From: a virus
Lineage: Duplodnaviria > Caudoviricetes
Virus record (IMG/VR): IMGVR_UViG_3300022660_000043
Direction: 5' to 3' (one strand)
DNA: 64,000 bases
Made by a program: the position numbers and the translations under genes. The notes beneath the pieces are model-generated. The model was not told where the DNA came from. It did not search any database and worked only from the letters and a program-made list of their open reading frames with translations. Positions 61,333 to 64,000 of the stretch are shown one piece after another. Position 1 is the first letter of the stretch, and every line of letters begins with the position of its first letter.

Positions 61333-61725
61333 TTATACAATATCTTCTTGCTGTTTAAGCCATTCAAAATAAAATACTACGTTGCGTGGATGTTCTTCTA
61401 CCAAACCATAGTCTAAACCAACTTTATAAATATAATTATCTTCTCGCAGCTTCATTGGAATTTCTTCTATGTAACGCCTAAAAGTTTCTAAAGAATGAGC
61501 TCGTTTATAATGGTTGCACCTACGGCAAGAAGGCATAAAATTATTAAAATTTTCTACTTCTGATTCCAACGCCTTACCACACTTTTCTCTCTGAACTGGA
61601 ATAAGGTGATCTACTTGGAAATCTTTTCTTGTTAATTCCTTACCACAATAAGCACAATGACCATCATATTTTTTAAAAATTTCTTCTCTTAGCTTTGGTG
61701 GAATTGCTTTACGTTTTGCTGTCAT
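61333..61725 (-). CDS. HNH endonuclease
   Basis: CAYCG, VDHLIP, N..PSCRRCN. Confidence 0.9.
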   Translation of the reverse strand: MTAKRKAIPPKLREEIFKKYDGHCAYCGKELTRKDFQVDHLIPVQREKCGKALESEVENFNNFMPSCRRCNHYKRAHSLETFRRYIEEIPMKLREDNYIYKVGLDYGLVEEHPRNVVFYFEWLKQQEDIV

Positions 61726-61803
61726 AAAATTAATAAACCTCATAATAAATAATGTATTATATAATACAATCTTTATAAATAAAATATTTTTGTGCATGTA
61801 TAG

Positions 61804-61813
61804 TGCTAAATTA
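61804..61813 (+). promoter_or_regulatory. Putative phage late promoter YGCTAAATTA
   Basis: Same motif on the minus strand at about 1195, 10142, 11253, 16395, 24262, 28218, 51598, generally a short distance upstream of a gene. Confidence 0.65.
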
Positions 61814-61852
61814 TTTAGAAACTTATTTTAATAATTCTATAAGGAGCTTAAT

Positions 61853-62929
61853 ATGTATAATAAGTATTTTGATGTAGATTTTCCAGAAATTCAACCAAAG
61901 CTTATCAATGAAAGCTTTTCTAGAAAACTGTTAGAATCCGCTGCGTCTAATGAGTTATTTGCTTTAATTGATCGCATTGAGGCTTTAGATGCTGAATTGC
62001 GACAAATGGAAACAAAGAAAAGTAATGCATGGGATAAACGTTTTAGTACACAATTAGATAATGAAGATCGTAGAAGATTGCGTGAGCTTGAGAATCAATT
62101 AAGAGATCTTCAACGCTCTTATACATTCCGTCATTATAATGGACAGCTTGATGACTGGGACGATGATACTTACGATGAAAAAAGGAAGGCAGAAGTCGCA
62201 GAAGAAGAAGCCGCACTTAGAGCTGAAATTAAGAAGCTAAGTGATGCTTATGATGCCCTATATAGCAAAGTATCAGCTGAACACAGGGCCGAATTTACTA
62301 GCCATGATGAGATAGCTACAACCAAAGATGCTGAGAGAACTGCAGCTAAAAAAGCTAAGCCTGAAGCTATGGCTAAATTACTTGCGGAAGAAAAACCAGC
62401 TCTTGATAAAATCATGGCACAAATAGCAGCTTCATTAGAACCTGGCTTTACTGCAACACTAAATACCAAAGAAGCTACTTTTGATAGTAATACCGGTAAA
62501 TTAACTATTCCGATTTATGGAAAACCGTTCGAAATAGAACTTACTGAAGAAGACTATAAGGGAGATGGCTATGAAGCTGGTGATTATAGCTTTGATGTAG
62601 ACGATTTCCTAGACCAGTATGAGCGTGAATTTGAGGACTATGAAAAGCTTGGCGGTCTTGATCCGTATAATATTGCTGAGGGCCTAAATTTAAATCCAGA
62701 ACAGAATCACTTAGGTTATTTCCCTATAGATGACACTGGCTGGTCTATGCTATATGATATAAGCTTTGAGACAAATGATCAGCCAGAGGTGTCTTATGTT
62801 CATTATGATCCAGGCAAATATGACGGTCCTATGGAAGACAGTTATCCTTCTAGTTTTGAAATGGAATATGACACAGAATTAACTGTAACACCAATTTGTT
62901 ATTTAGTAAAAGAATTCCATCGTGAATAA
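61853..62929 (+). CDS. Acidic coiled-coil protein, possibly virion-internal; only credible plus-strand gene
   Basis: 358 aa, AAGGAG SD, late-type promoter motif, terminator downstream. Confidence 0.8.
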   Translation: MYNKYFDVDFPEIQPKLINESFSRKLLESAASNELFALIDRIEALDAELRQMETKKSNAWDKRFSTQLDNEDRRRLRELENQLRDLQRSYTFRHYNGQLDDWDDDTYDEKRKAEVAEEEAALRAEIKKLSDAYDALYSKVSAEHRAEFTSHDEIATTKDAERTAAKKAKPEAMAKLLAEEKPALDKIMAQIAASLEPGFTATLNTKEATFDSNTGKLTIPIYGKPFEIELTEEDYKGDGYEAGDYSFDVDDFLDQYEREFEDYEKLGGLDPYNIAEGLNLNPEQNHLGYFPIDDTGWSMLYDISFETNDQPEVSYVHYDPGKYDGPMEDSYPSSFEMEYDTELTVTPICYLVKEFHRE

Positions 62930-62967
62930 AAATAAAAGACCTTAACTTTGTTAAGGTCTTTTATTTT
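62928..62967. terminator. Bidirectional rho-independent terminator
   Basis: aaaataaaagaccttaac-ttt-gttaaggtcttttatttt between convergent genes. Confidence 0.85.
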
Positions 62968-63503
62968 TAATTATTATTTGGTATTCCAGCTTTCATAACT
63001 GGTCTACCTTCGAATAAAGATTCTTGAAGATCAAGTACTCTCTGATTTCTTGAGCCTCTCCAACGATTATTATCCGTAATATCTCGAAGTCGTTCTATAT
63101 ATCTACCTGTAATTAATACATCTATGTTATTTAACATAGTCTGAGTATAAATTCCTCTCTTACAGCCATCCGGTAATAAGTCATTTAATTCATACCCAGT
63201 ATAACACCAAATACTTTTACCTGTATACTTTTTAACTTTAGCACAAAGCTTTGCAAGAGCAGGCTGGTTTTCAGGCTCGAATGGTTCACCACCACAAAGG
63301 GTTAAACCAGCAATATGAGGCTTCTGAAGATGCTCCAAAATTTTAGCCTCAACTTCTTGAGTATAGCGCTCACCAGCTGCAAAACACCAGGTCTCTGGAT
63401 TATGACATCCCGGGCAACAATTACGACAGCCTGAGACAAACAAAGTGATTCTTATTCCAGGACCTTCGTTTACTGAGCTTTTGTTTATACGTACATAATT
63501 CAT
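62967..63503 (-). CDS. nrdG: Anaerobic ribonucleotide reductase activating enzyme
   Basis: GPGIR, CxxxCxxC, GGEP, YTGY, RGSRNQR. Confidence 0.95.
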   Translation of the reverse strand: MNYVRINKSSVNEGPGIRITLFVSGCRNCCPGCHNPETWCFAAGERYTQEVEAKILEHLQKPHIAGLTLCGGEPFEPENQPALAKLCAKVKKYTGKSIWCYTGYELNDLLPDGCKRGIYTQTMLNNIDVLITGRYIERLRDITDNNRWRGSRNQRVLDLQESLFEGRPVMKAGIPNNN

Positions 63504-64000
63504 TTAGATCTTACAAACTATCCAAGTATTAATATCAGACTTAATAGCTCTATAGCCAGGTGCAAGATAATTTACTACATCTGCACCATTATCATCAGTA
63601 TAAGCTTCTGCAGGATTGAAGCCTACAAAGGTACCACCTCTAACAATAATAGTGCCAGGCTTAGTATTGTTAGAGTTAAGAGTCCACCGAGGTGTCTCAC
63701 ATTCAAAGTAGCCACCATTAATCTCTACAATACCGCCATTCTTTACATAGATAAGATCGAAGTGAGAGGCATCATTGCCCTGAGCACCCTTATTTGTAAA
63801 AGTGCCATCATCAATAATAACATGTCCACCATCTGCCCAAATAGCCATACTATAATCATTCTTACCTACGCCATTAACGATACCTTTACCGCTGATAATA
63901 AGATAACCATTTTTCTTTACATGGAAAATACCTTCTCCAGCAGTATCCTCAGGTGCAGAAATCATTCTGCCAGCAAGATTAATAGACACAGGCTCAGAGA
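63504..64000 (-). CDS. Beta-helix-like protein, 5' end likely outside the window
   Basis: Repeated IxGGxF strands. Confidence 0.6.
   Translation of the reverse strand, partial: SEPVSINLAGRMISAPEDTAGEGIFHVKKNGYLIISGKGIVNGVGKNDYSMAIWADGGHVIIDDGTFTNKGAQGNDASHFDLIYVKNGGIVEINGGYFECETPRWTLNSNNTKPGTIIVRGGTFVGFNPAEAYTDDNGADVVNYLAPGYRAIKSDINTWIVCKI

Overview
Segment of a large tailed-phage genome, probably infecting a Bacillota/Clostridia host (inferred from an AbrB/SpoVT regulator, sigmaA-type extended -10 boxes and Firmicutes-like tRNAs). Nearly everything is on the minus strand in genetic code 11. 1-11.2 kb holds late/structural genes: a collagen-repeat fibre, a 2377-aa adhesin-like protein and holin-like proteins. 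11.3-28 kb is a dense RNA island. With one outlier at 36.8 kb it gives about 33 tRNAs covering all 20 amino acids, plus many aberrant tRNA-like genes, a GOLLD-like large RNA, a Dus gene, a papain-like peptidase, a GIY-YIG endonuclease and a PemK/MazF-like RNase. 28-46 kb encodes a helical+TerD protein and RNA healing/sealing enzymes (PNK-HD, metallophosphoesterase, HD, Thg1-like, RNA ligase), then a second ncRNA cluster. 46-64 kb is small accessory genes, thymidine kinase, HNH and NrdG. Most striking signals: (i) tRNA-Gln(UUG) interrupted exactly inside its anticodon by a complete CCA-ending tRNA-like element; (ii) a 7-copy bulged-stem RNA family, two copies carrying circularly permuted tRNA domains (YrlA/Y-RNA-like), one directly upstream of the TerD-domain gene; (iii) a second 7-copy covarying RNA scaffold with variable cargo; (iv) a circularly permuted tRNA inside a GOLLD-like RNA. 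Together these suggest a phage tRNA-mimic/RNA-repair RNP system. All calls were made by eye; RNA ends are approximate.
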